From an uncultured Candidatus Saccharibacteria bacterium (GTDB lineage: Bacteria > Patescibacteriota > CALEFQ01 > G965231055): a DNA stretch of 46,333 bases. The stretch spans positions 1 through 46,333 of the forward strand of contig OZ246411.1 of NCBI GenBank assembly GCA_965231055.1. Direction: 5' to 3'. The notes below the pieces were generated by a model. It searched no databases and was not told the origin of the DNA. It was given only the letters and a program-made list of their open reading frames with translations. Position 1 is the stretch's first letter, and each line of letters begins with the position of its first letter. The position numbers and the translations under genes are program-made. Shown here one piece after another: positions 7,801 through 16,373 of this stretch.

Positions 7801-8414
7801 CCCAAATCGTCTCCCGATCCTGATGTATTATTGGCCTGATAATGCGTCTGCGCAGATGATCTTAGATAGTAGAGCCCATCGATATTGGTTTCTTCGTGTG
7901 AACTAAAAATCTGAAAATAGACACTGGATGTTGGACCATTTAGAACAGTATTCGCTGAGTTTTTTGTAGTAACTATAACTTGATAATTGTTTGCCAATGC
8001 GGAATTATTGACTATATTTCCTAAAACAATTGTCTTTAAGCCGGCAGCAGAAGATGTTCCAGAAGTTCTAGTTATCGTAATCACCTGTCCAGCCACTGTT
8101 AATGTTTTATTGCCATCAAATCCCGTCCAAGAACCAAAAGAAGCTCCGGACACATTGAATCCTGCAGGAAACTCAAGGGTCACCTTTCCCGTATTGGCAA
8201 TACTAGCTGTCGTCTTGAAAGTTATTGTATAACTTGATGCATTACCAGCAGTAACATCCGAGGGAGTGGCGGTTACTCGCGTAAGAGCTGCGGCCGCCGA
8301 AACATGCAATGGAAAAACAAAAAAACCAATATTATAAAAAACTATTGAAAAAATAATAATCAAAGAAAAAAACTTTTTGATTTTAGTTTTCGTTCTCAAA
8401 GATTTTAGCATCAC
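4854..8414 (-). CDS. Large cell-surface protein: N-terminal signal/anchor, seven FG-GAP repeats (beta-propeller), acidic Ca-binding-like segment, FN3-like modules and a C-terminal TM anchor
   Basis: A 1186-aa ORF. Seven copies of the motif FGxSVSSISDIDGDGLDDVxIGA lie at aa 418-780 (about nt 6015-7202). There is a DxDxDG-rich stretch (DGDLDYDDDGVSDYDE..DTDNDGWDDEYE). FN3-like segments follow (..NSITWKWIDNS.., ..TEYSVSVKAH.., ..STEYTYSVRYRNG). The C-terminal helix is WIWVFVIISIVLAGSIGFIVV. Confidence 0.8.
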   Translation of the reverse strand: MMLKSLRTKTKIKKFFSLIIIFSIVFYNIGFFVFPLHVSAAAALTRVTATPSDVTAGNASSYTITFKTTASIANTGKVTLEFPAGFNVSGASFGSWTGFDGNKTLTVAGQVITITRTSGTSSAAGLKTIVLGNIVNNSALANNYQVIVTTKNSANTVLNGPTSSVYFQIFSSHEETNIDGLYYLRSSAQTHYQANNTSGSGDDLGVLSRTAPVSAETRHCGGWLQFFFDENGTYSQNNEISNIYYHVWWYTTQNQATLGYESTGVYTPTATESFTIDRSNSENNIGGYNLYAGTQVPATARSFFGNDIYNFNILPFKNSGKPAVISSPEQGSFVILNLPNNIDTLGISQDGDLDYDDDGVSDYDELFTNYTNPYESDTDNDGWDDEYEELNNFNPLDSDSAPEAGSFKKYEGATASGRFGSAISSISDIDGDGFQDILVGESGSNKAYIYSSKTGDLLRQYVGDAGAIYFGGSVSSISDVDGDGLDDVLIGSQYSSMGGDYTGSVYLYSSGSGELIRRYDGPAGAFSNFGKAIGSISDIDGDDLDDILVGAASANSNAGSAYIYSSASGDIIRQFSGGAMEGLGSSVSSISDIDGDGLEDVIIGAYMASPGGVSYAGSAFIFSSGTGNQIERYDGAGANGAFGSSVVPITDLDGDGLDDIIISSPAYTDVEDNLVSVGIVDLYSSSGNFIRQYSGVESADRFGESVSSISDIDNDGLDDVVIGARGEFGSGYVSILSSGSGNELIRYTGERRGDIFGVSVSSLSDVDGDGLDDVAVGADYSDPQGVFSAGAAYLLYSGGMILDQSWSKGDDNLESFDLDDYFIEKNNLAIPARNQAVTYTASTDDNEYIDVTIDSDNRVSFAQPAEWTGTEEVVFTATDSTGLSSSSDAVSLTVLGTNSLNTPTIDTPTVNSPNSITWKWIDNSEIEDSYSVDYDNDGGGAALGVSDLYPQNSKSSSGSNLIWTDEDLSPNTEYSVSVKAHRSDMGFGDSSETSDSVYTLVESPTHFSASIDSDDILLSVERFVNDDDGLSGYYFENTTNGNNSGWINDNFWQDDGLKNSTEYTYSVRYRNGDGVETDPVVIDATTSSMEEDHEDTIDDSSEENYHSNNSNNSRDYFSASLGDEQENIDSDGAGVDLKSSSHSSDVLDSGLDNSATRKNWIWVFVIISIVLAGSIGFIVVRMKKTR

Positions 8415-8512
8415 TCCAGTCTGAAATTAGATATAATATATACTTAATATTATACAACATTAACCTAAATGGGTAAAACAGAAGACTTCATGCACAAAAA
8501 ACATAAATTCAT

Positions 8513-8541
8513 TTGACTTTATGGGGATTTTTCGCTACACT
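8513..8541 (+). promoter_or_regulatory. Candidate sigma-70-type promoter for infC-rpmI-rplT
   Basis: TTGACT (8513-8518), a 17-nt spacer, then TACACT (8536-8541), about 40 nt upstream of the infC start. Confidence 0.4.
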
Positions 8542-8579
8542 ATGCTCTGTTAAATTAATCTAAAACTATTAAGAATTTC

Positions 8580-9122
8580 ATGGGTAGGAGGAGATTTTTT
8601 CCTCGCAGACAACAAGACAATATCAGATATAATGATTTTATAAGAGTCCCTGAGGTTAGGGTTATAGATGAAAATGGAGAAAATCTGGGCGTGATGAACA
8701 CCATTGAAGCCAAAAATTTAGCCAAAGAAAAGGGTTTTGACCTAGTTGAAATCTCTCCAAAAGCAGTGCCACCAGTGTGCAAAATCATATTAATCGGATC
8801 TTTTAGATACCAGCAGATGAAGGAAGAGAAAAGGAAGAAGAAAAATGCAAAGAAAATTGAAACCAAAGGAGTAAGAATCAGTATCCGAACTGGAGAAAAC
8901 GATCTTAAATTCAAAGGCAAGCAGGCAGAAAAATTCATGAATGAAGGACACAGGGTCAAAATAGACTTAATGCTAAGAGGCAGAGAAAAAGCTAACAAGG
9001 CTTTTGCCGTAGATAAAATGAATGCCTTTATTGTAAATCATATTTCATTTGAAACAATAATTGAACAGCCTATTAAATTTGAAGGAAGAGGATTTACCAC
9101 GGTTATAAGAAAGAAGATCTAA
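8580..9122 (+). CDS. infC: Translation initiation factor IF-3
   Basis: A 180-aa ORF. The sequence ..IRVPEVRVIDENGENLGVMNTIEAKNLAKEKGFDLVEISPKAVPPVCKI.. and the C-domain are typical of IF-3. The operon order infC-rpmI-rplT supports the call. The exact start is uncertain because IF-3 genes often use non-ATG starts. Confidence 0.92.
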   Translation: MGRRRFFPRRQQDNIRYNDFIRVPEVRVIDENGENLGVMNTIEAKNLAKEKGFDLVEISPKAVPPVCKIILIGSFRYQQMKEEKRKKKNAKKIETKGVRISIRTGENDLKFKGKQAEKFMNEGHRVKIDLMLRGREKANKAFAVDKMNAFIVNHISFETIIEQPIKFEGRGFTTVIRKKI

Positions 9123-9157
9123 ATAAATTATTTTTAATTAAACTAAAATTCAATACT

Positions 9158-9352
9158 ATGGCAAAGGTTAAAACACACAAGGGCGCATCGAAAAGAATAA
9201 AGAAAACCAAATCAGGAAAATTCTTGAGACGCTATGCCTCGCAAGATCATTTCAACTCCAAAGAATCTGGTAGCAACAAGAGAAACAAAAGAAGAGTGCA
9301 GGTTGCTAAATCCATGAGCGTAAGCAAACTCAAAAAACTACTTCCCTACTAA
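9158..9352 (+). CDS. rpmI: 50S ribosomal protein L35
   Basis: A 64-aa basic ORF (MAKVKTHKGASKRIKKTKSGKF.RR) located between infC and rplT. Confidence 0.93.
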   Translation: MAKVKTHKGASKRIKKTKSGKFLRRYASQDHFNSKESGSNKRNKRRVQVAKSMSVSKLKKLLPY

Positions 9353-9392
9353 AACTATAGTAAATTTTATTTTGAAATACTAAACTACAATT

Positions 9393-9749
9393 ATGGCTAG
9401 AGTAAAACGAGGAAAAACAGCAAACAAGAGACGAAAGAATATAATCAAAAAAGCTAAAGGATATTCAAGGTCTCGTTCAAGTAAATTTAGATCCGCTAAA
9501 CAAGCAGTAATATGGGCAGGAAAGAAAGCCTACATAGGACGCAAGGCCCGTAAGCGTGATTTCAGATCACTTTGGCAACTACGAATCAGCAACGCTGTAA
9601 AACCAGAAGGTCTAAACTACAGCAAATTTATGAACGCACTAAAGAAAGCTAAAATAGGACTAAATAGAAAAATGCTTTCTGAACTCGCAGTAAATGAACC
9701 AAAGGCATTCAAGAAAATCGTAGAAGAAGCAAAGAAGATTATCAAATAA
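9393..9749 (+). CDS. rplT: 50S ribosomal protein L20
   Basis: A 118-aa ORF with MARVKRGKTANKRRKNIIKKAKGY..R and typical L20 sequence and position. Confidence 0.95.
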   Translation: MARVKRGKTANKRRKNIIKKAKGYSRSRSSKFRSAKQAVIWAGKKAYIGRKARKRDFRSLWQLRISNAVKPEGLNYSKFMNALKKAKIGLNRKMLSELAVNEPKAFKKIVEEAKKIIK

Positions 9750-9765
9750 TCACTTCAATAAAAAA

Positions 9766-9818
9766 GCCCTCGAATTTCGGGGGTTTTTTGTTGTATGGAA
9801 CGCAGATCTGCGTTCCAT
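9766..9818. terminator. Two tandem hairpins between convergent genes (bidirectional terminator region)
   Basis: First hairpin: CCCTCG-aattt-CGGGGG followed by T6 (9767-9789). Second: a perfect palindrome ATGGAACGCAGA/TCTGCGTTCCAT (9795-9818). Confidence 0.7.
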
Positions 9819-9829
9819 GTTTTAATCGT

Positions 9830-10585
9830 CTATTTCTCCAAACCTTTTGAAAAAATTGATGTGGCGATAGATAAAGTTACAACAGCAAATACAGCAAGAA
9901 TCATAATATCATAACCCACGCCAAACTCAGATACATTTACAAGTACGCCTCTCAATGCATCAACTCCATATGTAAGAGGATTTATATGAGCAAAAAATTG
10001 CAGAAAGGATGGAAGTCCATTTATAGGGAAAAATTCTCCCGATAGAAATATAAGCGGAATAAGTATAATAGTCATTAGCTGATTGTAGCTTCTTGCATTC
10101 TGTAGCGAAGAAGCAAGTATTATTCCAAGTCCGGCAAAGCCAAAAACGATCATAAACATGATTCCGAGTGCTTTTACTATTCCTAGCAATCCGGTATCTG
10201 ATTTGATATACACCATCATGATAGCCACAGCCACGGCAAGTGTAAAAATCTGAGTGGTGATCTCTGAAAGAATTTTTCCTATCATTATAGAATATCTAGA
10301 TATAGGAACCACCATGAGTTCTTTTACAAATCCTTTTTTATCTCTTATTAGAGAAAAACCTACGAACATAGCTGCACTTATAGAAAGCACCGCTATGGCT
10401 CCTGTACCAAAATACTCCAAATATCCTACTTCAAGACCTGGAATCTTTACAAAAGAACCAAGCCCCATGCCTATAATAAAAACTCCAAGCAGTGGTACCA
10501 CTATACTCGTCACAAAAAACGCTTTGTCTGCCCAAAACTTTTTCATCTCTCTAAGCCAGATTATGTATATTTCGTATGCGTTCAT
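9830..10585 (-). CDS. ABC-2 type transporter permease
   Basis: A 251-aa ORF with six predicted TM helices. It abuts the upstream ATPase gene (stop and start are adjacent) and has the typical ABC-2 architecture. Confidence 0.8.
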   Translation of the reverse strand: MNAYEIYIIWLREMKKFWADKAFFVTSIVVPLLGVFIIGMGLGSFVKIPGLEVGYLEYFGTGAIAVLSISAAMFVGFSLIRDKKGFVKELMVVPISRYSIMIGKILSEITTQIFTLAVAVAIMMVYIKSDTGLLGIVKALGIMFMIVFGFAGLGIILASSLQNARSYNQLMTIILIPLIFLSGEFFPINGLPSFLQFFAHINPLTYGVDALRGVLVNVSEFGVGYDIMILAVFAVVTLSIATSIFSKGLEK

Positions 10586-11527
10586 TTATTTTATGTTTTC
10601 TCCCGTGTAATGCAAAAACACATCATCAAGAGTAGGTTTTCTAAGATTGAATGAAAATATTTTTGCTTTGTACTTTTTTACAAACTCAATTATTTTAACA
10701 GCATTACTCTCTCCATTTGCAAGAGTTATCTCAACGTGTTGAATATCCTTAACTACTATTTTCTTAACGAATTTTAGTTTTCTAAATTTATCACTCAAAA
10801 TACAATCATGGTTACTAAGTCTCATCTCTATCAAATCACCGCCGAGCGATGCTTTGAGATTTTCAGGAGTATCTAGCGCTACTATTTTTCCTTTGTTCAT
10901 AATAGCAACTCGGTTGCACAGAAAATCTGCTTCCTCCAAATAATGAGTGGTTAAAACTATAGTTATACTTTCTGTTTCAATGAGTTTTTTTATGTGCTCC
11001 CAAATTTTTCTTCTGCTTTTAGGATCAAGCCCCGTAGTAGGCTCATCCAAAAACAAAACTTTTGGACCATGCACTAAACCTCGCGCTATTTCTAATCGCC
11101 TTTTCATCCCACCAGAAAAAGTATGCGCGAGATCTTTTTCTCTGCCATCAAGCCCAACTAGTTTAAAAAGCTTCTTTATATCTTTTTTTATTTTCTGCTT
11201 TGGGACTCTGTAAAATCTAGCATGCAATGCTAAATTGTCATAAGCCGAAAGATCCTCATCCAAAATAGTTTCTTGAAAAACCAATCCTATATTTTTTCTC
11301 ACTTCTTTTGAATTTTTCACAGTATCAAATCCGGCTATTTTTATGCTGCCTGAAGTCGGCTTGAGAAGTGTGGTCATCATTTGTATTGTGGTAGTTTTGC
11401 CCGCTCCATTTGGACCAATAAGTCCAAAAACTTCTCCGGCTGCTATATTAAAAGATGCTGAATCCACCGCCTTGGATTTGCTTTTTCGAAACAGCTTTTC
11501 CAGTTTTTGAACTTCTACGGTATTCAA
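10586..11527 (-). CDS. ABC transporter ATP-binding protein (ABC-2/DrrA-like)
   Basis: Walker A GPNGAGKTT, signature FSGGMKRRL and Walker B VLFLDEPTTGLD, plus a C-terminal accessory domain. Confidence 0.92.
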   Translation of the reverse strand: MNTVEVQKLEKLFRKSKSKAVDSASFNIAAGEVFGLIGPNGAGKTTTIQMMTTLLKPTSGSIKIAGFDTVKNSKEVRKNIGLVFQETILDEDLSAYDNLALHARFYRVPKQKIKKDIKKLFKLVGLDGREKDLAHTFSGGMKRRLEIARGLVHGPKVLFLDEPTTGLDPKSRRKIWEHIKKLIETESITIVLTTHYLEEADFLCNRVAIMNKGKIVALDTPENLKASLGGDLIEMRLSNHDCILSDKFRKLKFVKKIVVKDIQHVEITLANGESNAVKIIEFVKKYKAKIFSFNLRKPTLDDVFLHYTGENIK

Positions 11528-11546
11528 ATGTTTTTTAGTTTAAAAT

Positions 11547-11572
11547 AAATAGGCACACAAAAGAGCCTATTT
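11547..11572 (-). terminator. Hairpin downstream of the DUF1858 gene
   Basis: AAATAGGC-10 nt-GCCTATTT, followed by a T-rich stretch on the minus strand. Confidence 0.45.
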
Positions 11573-11576
11573 ATAA

Positions 11577-11798
11577 TTATTTTGAGATAGCTTCGTTGAG
11601 TTTTTTGAGAGTTGCTTCAAGTTCTTTTTCTCTCCCATGTGAACTAAGTGCCATTTCAATAGTCTCAAAAAATCTACCACCACACGCCATACAAGAAGAA
11701 CCTATAAAATCTTGAAGTATTTCGGGGGCTTCTTTGCTAGACTCCAAAGCCTCTGCAATTATAGTATCTTTTGTGATTTTATTTTTTGTTGTATTCAT
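11577..11798 (-). CDS. DUF1858 protein (hybrid-cluster-protein-associated redox disulfide domain)
   Basis: A 73-aa ORF. The pattern ITKDTIIAEAL...PEILQDFIGSSCMACGG...TIEMALSSHG....L..L matches the DUF1858 pattern known from memory. Confidence 0.6.
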   Translation of the reverse strand: MNTTKNKITKDTIIAEALESSKEAPEILQDFIGSSCMACGGRFFETIEMALSSHGREKELEATLKKLNEAISK

Positions 11799-11799
11799 G

Positions 11800-12189
11800 T
11801 TATTTCTTTCGTTTAATCAAATCATAAAGGGTTGTCCCCTCAAAAAGTTTTTCTATGTTCAATCTAGCTTTTTCAAAAACAGTATTCGTAATTTCATCAC
11901 TACCTTCTCCCGCGATAGATTTTTTGAGCTTCAATCTTCCCTCAAGCGCATTTATTATTTGTTTCAAGTTTATATTTTTCGCGGGTCTCGCTAGCTGAAA
12001 ACCACCGCCCATACCCCTTCTTGATTCCAAAATTCCATCTCTTTTAAGTCTTTGAAAGATTTTGTTTAGAAAGCTCTGGGGAATATTTTCTTGTTCCGAA
12101 ATATTTTTGACCAAAACATTGCTACCAGGTTTTCTACTGGCCAAATTTACAAGTCCTCTAATTCCGTAAGATGTTTTTTTGGTAAACAT
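11800..12189 (-). CDS. Rrf2-family transcriptional regulator (no Cys, so no Fe-S cluster ligands)
   Basis: A 129-aa ORF. The wHTH region reads TSYGIRGLVNLA...VKNISEQENIPQSFLNKIFQRLKRDGILESRRGMGGGFQLARP. The protein contains no cysteine. Confidence 0.85.
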   Translation of the reverse strand: MFTKKTSYGIRGLVNLASRKPGSNVLVKNISEQENIPQSFLNKIFQRLKRDGILESRRGMGGGFQLARPAKNINLKQIINALEGRLKLKKSIAGEGSDEITNTVFEKARLNIEKLFEGTTLYDLIKRKK

Positions 12190-12220
12190 TGTGGATAAAA
12201 ATTGTCCTGTTTAAGAAATA

Positions 12221-13030
12221 CTATCTTACCATTTTATCCCCCTGAGTCAACAAATCTTTCCTATGCTTAAACCCAATAATTAGCCATGTACAAACTGTTA
12301 TGGTAATAATCCCAATAATCTGAGCATAAGTAAGCCCCTTGAAGCTTTCTGTCGAAAAATACCTTGGATCAGCCAGTGGGATATCAGTAGCCCTAAAAAA
12401 GTCTATAGCAAGTCTCGAGAAACCTTCCAAAATCAAAAACCCCAAGAAAACAAAGCCATCAAACCACTTGTGTTTTCTCACCCAAAACCACACAAAAAGA
12501 AAGATAGCGAGATTAAAAATCACTAGATACAAAGAGGTTTCATGCCTAAGCTCACCATAATAACTTGCAGCCCAAGGCACCGTAGTAATTTCTCCAATAT
12601 GGTCCCTTATCAAGTGGCAACCAATTCTCCCTATAGTCAATCCGATAGCAAGTCCAGGAGCAAAAATATCCGCAGCTTTCCAAAAGTTTAGCTTTTTAAT
12701 TTTGACGTAAATCAAAACTCCAACCAGAGCCATTATAAATCCCCCATAATACGCCATCCCGCCATTCCATATCTTGAATATTTCCAAAAATCCTCTGCCC
12801 CTAAATTCATCCAAATACATCAATACATAAGCAAGTCTCGCCCCCACAAAAGTTCCAGCAAAAGCTATTATTATAATATCGAGTAGCTTATCTCTATTAA
12901 ACCCCTTATTTTTTCCTTCAAAAAGGATGAGCAAAATTGCCACCACCAAACCTACGGCAACCATAGTGCCCCAGGCCTGTAATGTCACGGGACCTATATT
13001 GAACTCTGTTATTTGAGGATACGGTAACAT
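12221..13030 (-). CDS. lgt: Prolipoprotein diacylglyceryl transferase
   Basis: A 269-aa polytopic ORF with Lgt motifs: ..GPVTLQAWG.., GARLAYV, GGMAYYGG, IGRIGCHL..DHIG..T..PWA. Confidence 0.88.
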   Translation of the reverse strand: MLPYPQITEFNIGPVTLQAWGTMVAVGLVVAILLILFEGKNKGFNRDKLLDIIIIAFAGTFVGARLAYVLMYLDEFRGRGFLEIFKIWNGGMAYYGGFIMALVGVLIYVKIKKLNFWKAADIFAPGLAIGLTIGRIGCHLIRDHIGEITTVPWAASYYGELRHETSLYLVIFNLAIFLFVWFWVRKHKWFDGFVFLGFLILEGFSRLAIDFFRATDIPLADPRYFSTESFKGLTYAQIIGIITITVCTWLIIGFKHRKDLLTQGDKMVR

Positions 13031-13056
13031 ATTTTTTTAAGCTAGCTATTAAAAAA

Positions 13057-14286
13057 TTAATTAACTCTAATAAATTTCGCAATCATATCTTCTTGCTGAA
13101 CAGTAGAACTATTCTTAATAAGCTCAATGTAGTTTTTCAGATTCTTCTCTATACCCAAAAGATTCAATTCAAATGGTGTCAAAATTTTACATTCAGTTAT
13201 TTTACCAGAATCATCTACTTCATAGTAGTGAAAAAGTGTACCGCTTGGAGATTCTATGACTCCCAAACCCTTTCCCGATTTTGGTTTGAATTTTGTATTT
13301 CCTTTTTCTAGATCAACCGCTAAAAGTTTTGGAACCACTTTTTTAATTTCCTCAAGTAGATGAACTATTTCTATCACTTGCGCCACTGGGGCATGAAATG
13401 GATTTGAATCAGGAAGTTTTATGGGAGACTCAGACAAGAGCTTCGTGGCTCTAGAATTGAGGTTATTTGAAGAAACATTAATTCTAGCAAGAGCGCCAAC
13501 ACAAATATTATTTTCTCCATAAATAAATCTGTTAGCTAAATCGTAATCTGTATTTGTTATTTTTATTTGATTATAAAATTTGGCATTTGAATTTATTTGC
13601 ATTCCATCAGAAAAAATCTCTCCGTCGCAAATAGGATAGCTTTTCTTTTTACTAAGCGCGAAATAATTTGACTCACTTTCAAATTCTGGAAACTTAAAAC
13701 CAAAAACAAATTTAACCATCTCTAGGGCTATCGGCATTATTTCATCTGACTCTAGCATAATTTTTTTAAGCTCACTCCTCCTTGGAAACGAGGTAAATCC
13801 ACCAACCTTGGGAGCAATAGGATGGATACTTCTACCTCCAATCAGAATGCATATTTTTCTAGCATACTCCTCTAGTTTCAATATCTTTTTGGAAAATTCA
13901 TAATATTTTTCTGAAAACTTCAATGCATCAACTGTTTTTGAAAAATCTGGAATTGAAGAAAAATGCAAATACATGACATGACTTTCTAAAATATGTCCGA
14001 TCATGAGTAGCTTACGCAAAAGTAAGGTCTGCTTTGAAGACCTTACCTGCATCGCGTTTTCTACCGCCTTGATAGCTGCTATCGCGTGAGATATAGAATA
14101 CCCGTGAAACAATCTAGGAGCTACTTCATGAACTTCATCATAGCTACTCCCAATAATCACATCTTCGGAATTCAAAGAATAATCATTTACAATGACTTTA
14201 GCAGTTTGTTGATTACCTTTCATGAGCTCAGATTCAAAACCGATATCACGACCAATCCTACTTATTTTATCTATTTTTATTTTCAT
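13057..14286 (-). CDS. [NiFe]-hydrogenase large-subunit homologue (group 3b alpha-like) lacking the Ni-Fe cysteine ligands
   Basis: A 409-aa ORF with conserved large-subunit blocks (GHILESHVMYLHF, GGRSIHPIAPKVGGF). The RxCGxCxxxH motif reads RLFHGYSISH. The protein ends at ..KFIRVN, before the position where DPCxxCxxH would start. It has a 4-nt ATGA overlap with the small-subunit gene. Confidence 0.8.
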   Translation of the reverse strand: MKIKIDKISRIGRDIGFESELMKGNQQTAKVIVNDYSLNSEDVIIGSSYDEVHEVAPRLFHGYSISHAIAAIKAVENAMQVRSSKQTLLLRKLLMIGHILESHVMYLHFSSIPDFSKTVDALKFSEKYYEFSKKILKLEEYARKICILIGGRSIHPIAPKVGGFTSFPRRSELKKIMLESDEIMPIALEMVKFVFGFKFPEFESESNYFALSKKKSYPICDGEIFSDGMQINSNAKFYNQIKITNTDYDLANRFIYGENNICVGALARINVSSNNLNSRATKLLSESPIKLPDSNPFHAPVAQVIEIVHLLEEIKKVVPKLLAVDLEKGNTKFKPKSGKGLGVIESPSGTLFHYYEVDDSGKITECKILTPFELNLLGIEKNLKNYIELIKNSSTVQQEDMIAKFIRVN

Positions 14287-14990
14287 TTAATTTTGCTATT
14301 TCCAAATCTTTTATATAACTCCTTTAGCCTATCTTCTGAAATTGTTTTACTCAAAGCTTTTTCTAAATTATTAGTACTTGCATCTTTCAAAAACCCCCTG
14401 CATCCATCACAAGCATATTTATTTTTTATACAAATAGCGCTACATCCACCTCTTGTCACCGGCCCTAGACATGGCTCGCCTTTTTGCAATAGACACTCAT
14501 ATTCATTTTTCTGGCATTCATAACACACGGGATTTTTGGTTGTTTTGAGTAGAACTCCTTCTCTTGCCGAATTGAGAACTCGTAGTGTTTCTTCAAAATC
14601 AGGAGGACATCCAGGAATAAATACATCCACCTTCACACACTCGCTGATTGATTTTATCTTCACTTCGTTATTGTTTTTTAGCCTTGAGACTCCTTTATAC
14701 ATAGCACACAATCCCAATGAAATGAGTATTTTTGAGTTTTCACGATAAAACTTTAATTTTTCAAGATCGCTTTCGTTCACAACTATGCCTTCAATAACAC
14801 AAACATCATAAAGAAATTTACCTTTGGAAGATTTTTGCCTCACTTCGTCTTTCAATAAATCAAAATTTTTTAAATCAACTGCATTTAAAAAATCAAAAAA
14901 CTTTTCTCCGCCTTGAAGTATGGTAAATAAGCACCCTCCGCACGAAGATAGGCTCACGAATGCAAATTTTGGTTTTATTTGGTTTTTCAT
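14283..14990 (-). CDS. [NiFe]-hydrogenase small subunit (group 3b delta-like, NuoB fold)
   Basis: A 235-aa ORF. Proximal-cluster ligands are present (SSCGGC, GLCAMYKG, PGCPP). The C-terminus is Cys-rich (CYEC..C..C..GGCSAIC..YACDGC). Confidence 0.8.
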   Translation of the reverse strand: MKNQIKPKFAFVSLSSCGGCLFTILQGGEKFFDFLNAVDLKNFDLLKDEVRQKSSKGKFLYDVCVIEGIVVNESDLEKLKFYRENSKILISLGLCAMYKGVSRLKNNNEVKIKSISECVKVDVFIPGCPPDFEETLRVLNSAREGVLLKTTKNPVCYECQKNEYECLLQKGEPCLGPVTRGGCSAICIKNKYACDGCRGFLKDASTNNLEKALSKTISEDRLKELYKRFGNSKIK

Positions 14991-15007
14991 TTCTATTTAA
15001 TCGTGTC

Positions 15008-15526
15008 TTATTTTATTTTGCCCACATCCTTTTCAATAATTCTTAGCGCGGAATTGTGAAGCAATGGATTGATATCGCTCATGCAAAGATCCTTTAGCAC
15101 CGTCACTTCATATCCTCGCTGAAACGCATCTCTCGCGGAAGTAAGCACACAACTCTCGGTGGCAATACCACAAAAAATAAGCTTAGTTATTCCAAGTCTC
15201 TTCAGATATTGCTCAAAGCCCTTGGCTGCAAAAACCGTATACACACTTCTGGTAAAAATCTTGTGATCGTTTTCAAATCCAGCAAGCTCTGTCAAAAGCA
15301 AGGTCTCCCTGTCAGTGCACAGCTCTCTAAACCCAAGTAGCTTGTAGATAGGACTTGATTTTGAATTTCTAAACCTAGCGAACGCAAAATCACCTTTGTA
15401 TTTTTTCAAAAATTTTACAAGTTTTTTTCCGTAAGCTCTCCCTTTCGTCTTATTTCCTTCGAAGAAAAATTCCTGAGGATCTACCACAACCAAAAGAGTG
15501 TTTGATAATTTTTTTGATTTTGTCAT
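15008..15526 (-). CDS. Isochorismatase-family (cysteine hydrolase) protein
   Basis: A 172-aa ORF with LLVVVDPQEFF (Asp) and a catalytic Cys context, FCGIATESCVLTSARDA. Confidence 0.75.
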   Translation of the reverse strand: MTKSKKLSNTLLVVVDPQEFFFEGNKTKGRAYGKKLVKFLKKYKGDFAFARFRNSKSSPIYKLLGFRELCTDRETLLLTELAGFENDHKIFTRSVYTVFAAKGFEQYLKRLGITKLIFCGIATESCVLTSARDAFQRGYEVTVLKDLCMSDINPLLHNSALRIIEKDVGKIK

Positions 15527-15543
15527 ATAAAAATATTAGATGA

Positions 15544-16368
15544 CTAAATATACTCTTTTACGTCGCTATATTTAAATACCGGTCCATCGTGACATACGTA
15601 TTTTTCCCCTATCGCGCAATGCTGACATATACCTATACCACAATTCATTCTGCGTTCAAGAGAAACATATATATTTGAAGAATCAATTCCAAGCTCAATG
15701 AGTTTTTCTGCAGAAGCTTTCATCATTCCTGATGGCCCCACGATAATAGCTATTGAGTCTGACGAAACTTTTTCTTTGCATATTAGGTTTGTTACCAAGC
15801 CAGTCCTATACTTCCAGTCTATTCCTTCTACACTATCTACGGTAATACAAAGTTCAATTCTTTTTTTCCACTCATTAAGCTCATCTTGAAAAAATATTTG
15901 AGAAGGAGTTTTGGCACCGTAGCACAAGGTAATTTTTTTATAACTATCACTCGAATCCATGGCAGATCTAATAAGAGATCGCACGGGAAAGATTCCCGTA
16001 CCCCCAGCTACAAGTACAGAATTTTTATTTTTCATTAATCCAATCGGAAAATACCCTTTTCCAAGAGGTCCCCTTATTCCCACTTCATCTCCCACCTTCA
16101 TATCGAAAAGTTTGGAGGTAACTTTACCTGTTTTCCTCACTCCCACTGCAATTTTTTTCTTATCAAAAACGCTAGAAGCATAAGCCAAAGGAATTTCTCC
16201 AGCAAAAGGCACCCAGAGCTCAAAAAACTGTCCTGGAAAAAACTTGTGCGATCCGTCTGGGGTGTGTGGATTTATGCCCTGAAGTTCCAGTTCAAAAAAT
16301 TTGGTTTCAGGATCCAGATCCTTGATCTTTAAAATTTTTGCTTTTTGTGGGATAAACGGACTTAGCAT
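15544..16368 (-). CDS. FAD/NAD(P)-binding oxidoreductase with a C-terminal 2Fe-2S site (group 3b gamma / PyrK-like)
   Basis: A 274-aa ORF with a nucleotide-binding VLVAGGTGIFP motif and the C-terminal CGIGICQHCAIG...C motif. Confidence 0.82.
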   Translation of the reverse strand: MLSPFIPQKAKILKIKDLDPETKFFELELQGINPHTPDGSHKFFPGQFFELWVPFAGEIPLAYASSVFDKKKIAVGVRKTGKVTSKLFDMKVGDEVGIRGPLGKGYFPIGLMKNKNSVLVAGGTGIFPVRSLIRSAMDSSDSYKKITLCYGAKTPSQIFFQDELNEWKKRIELCITVDSVEGIDWKYRTGLVTNLICKEKVSSDSIAIIVGPSGMMKASAEKLIELGIDSSNIYVSLERRMNCGIGICQHCAIGEKYVCHDGPVFKYSDVKEYI

Positions 16369-16373
16369 AAAAA

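Noticed and set aside
8555-8998. A 147-aa minus-strand ORF overlapping infC.
   Set aside because: It is antisense to a clear IF-3 gene, and its hydrophobic low-complexity translation shows no motif.
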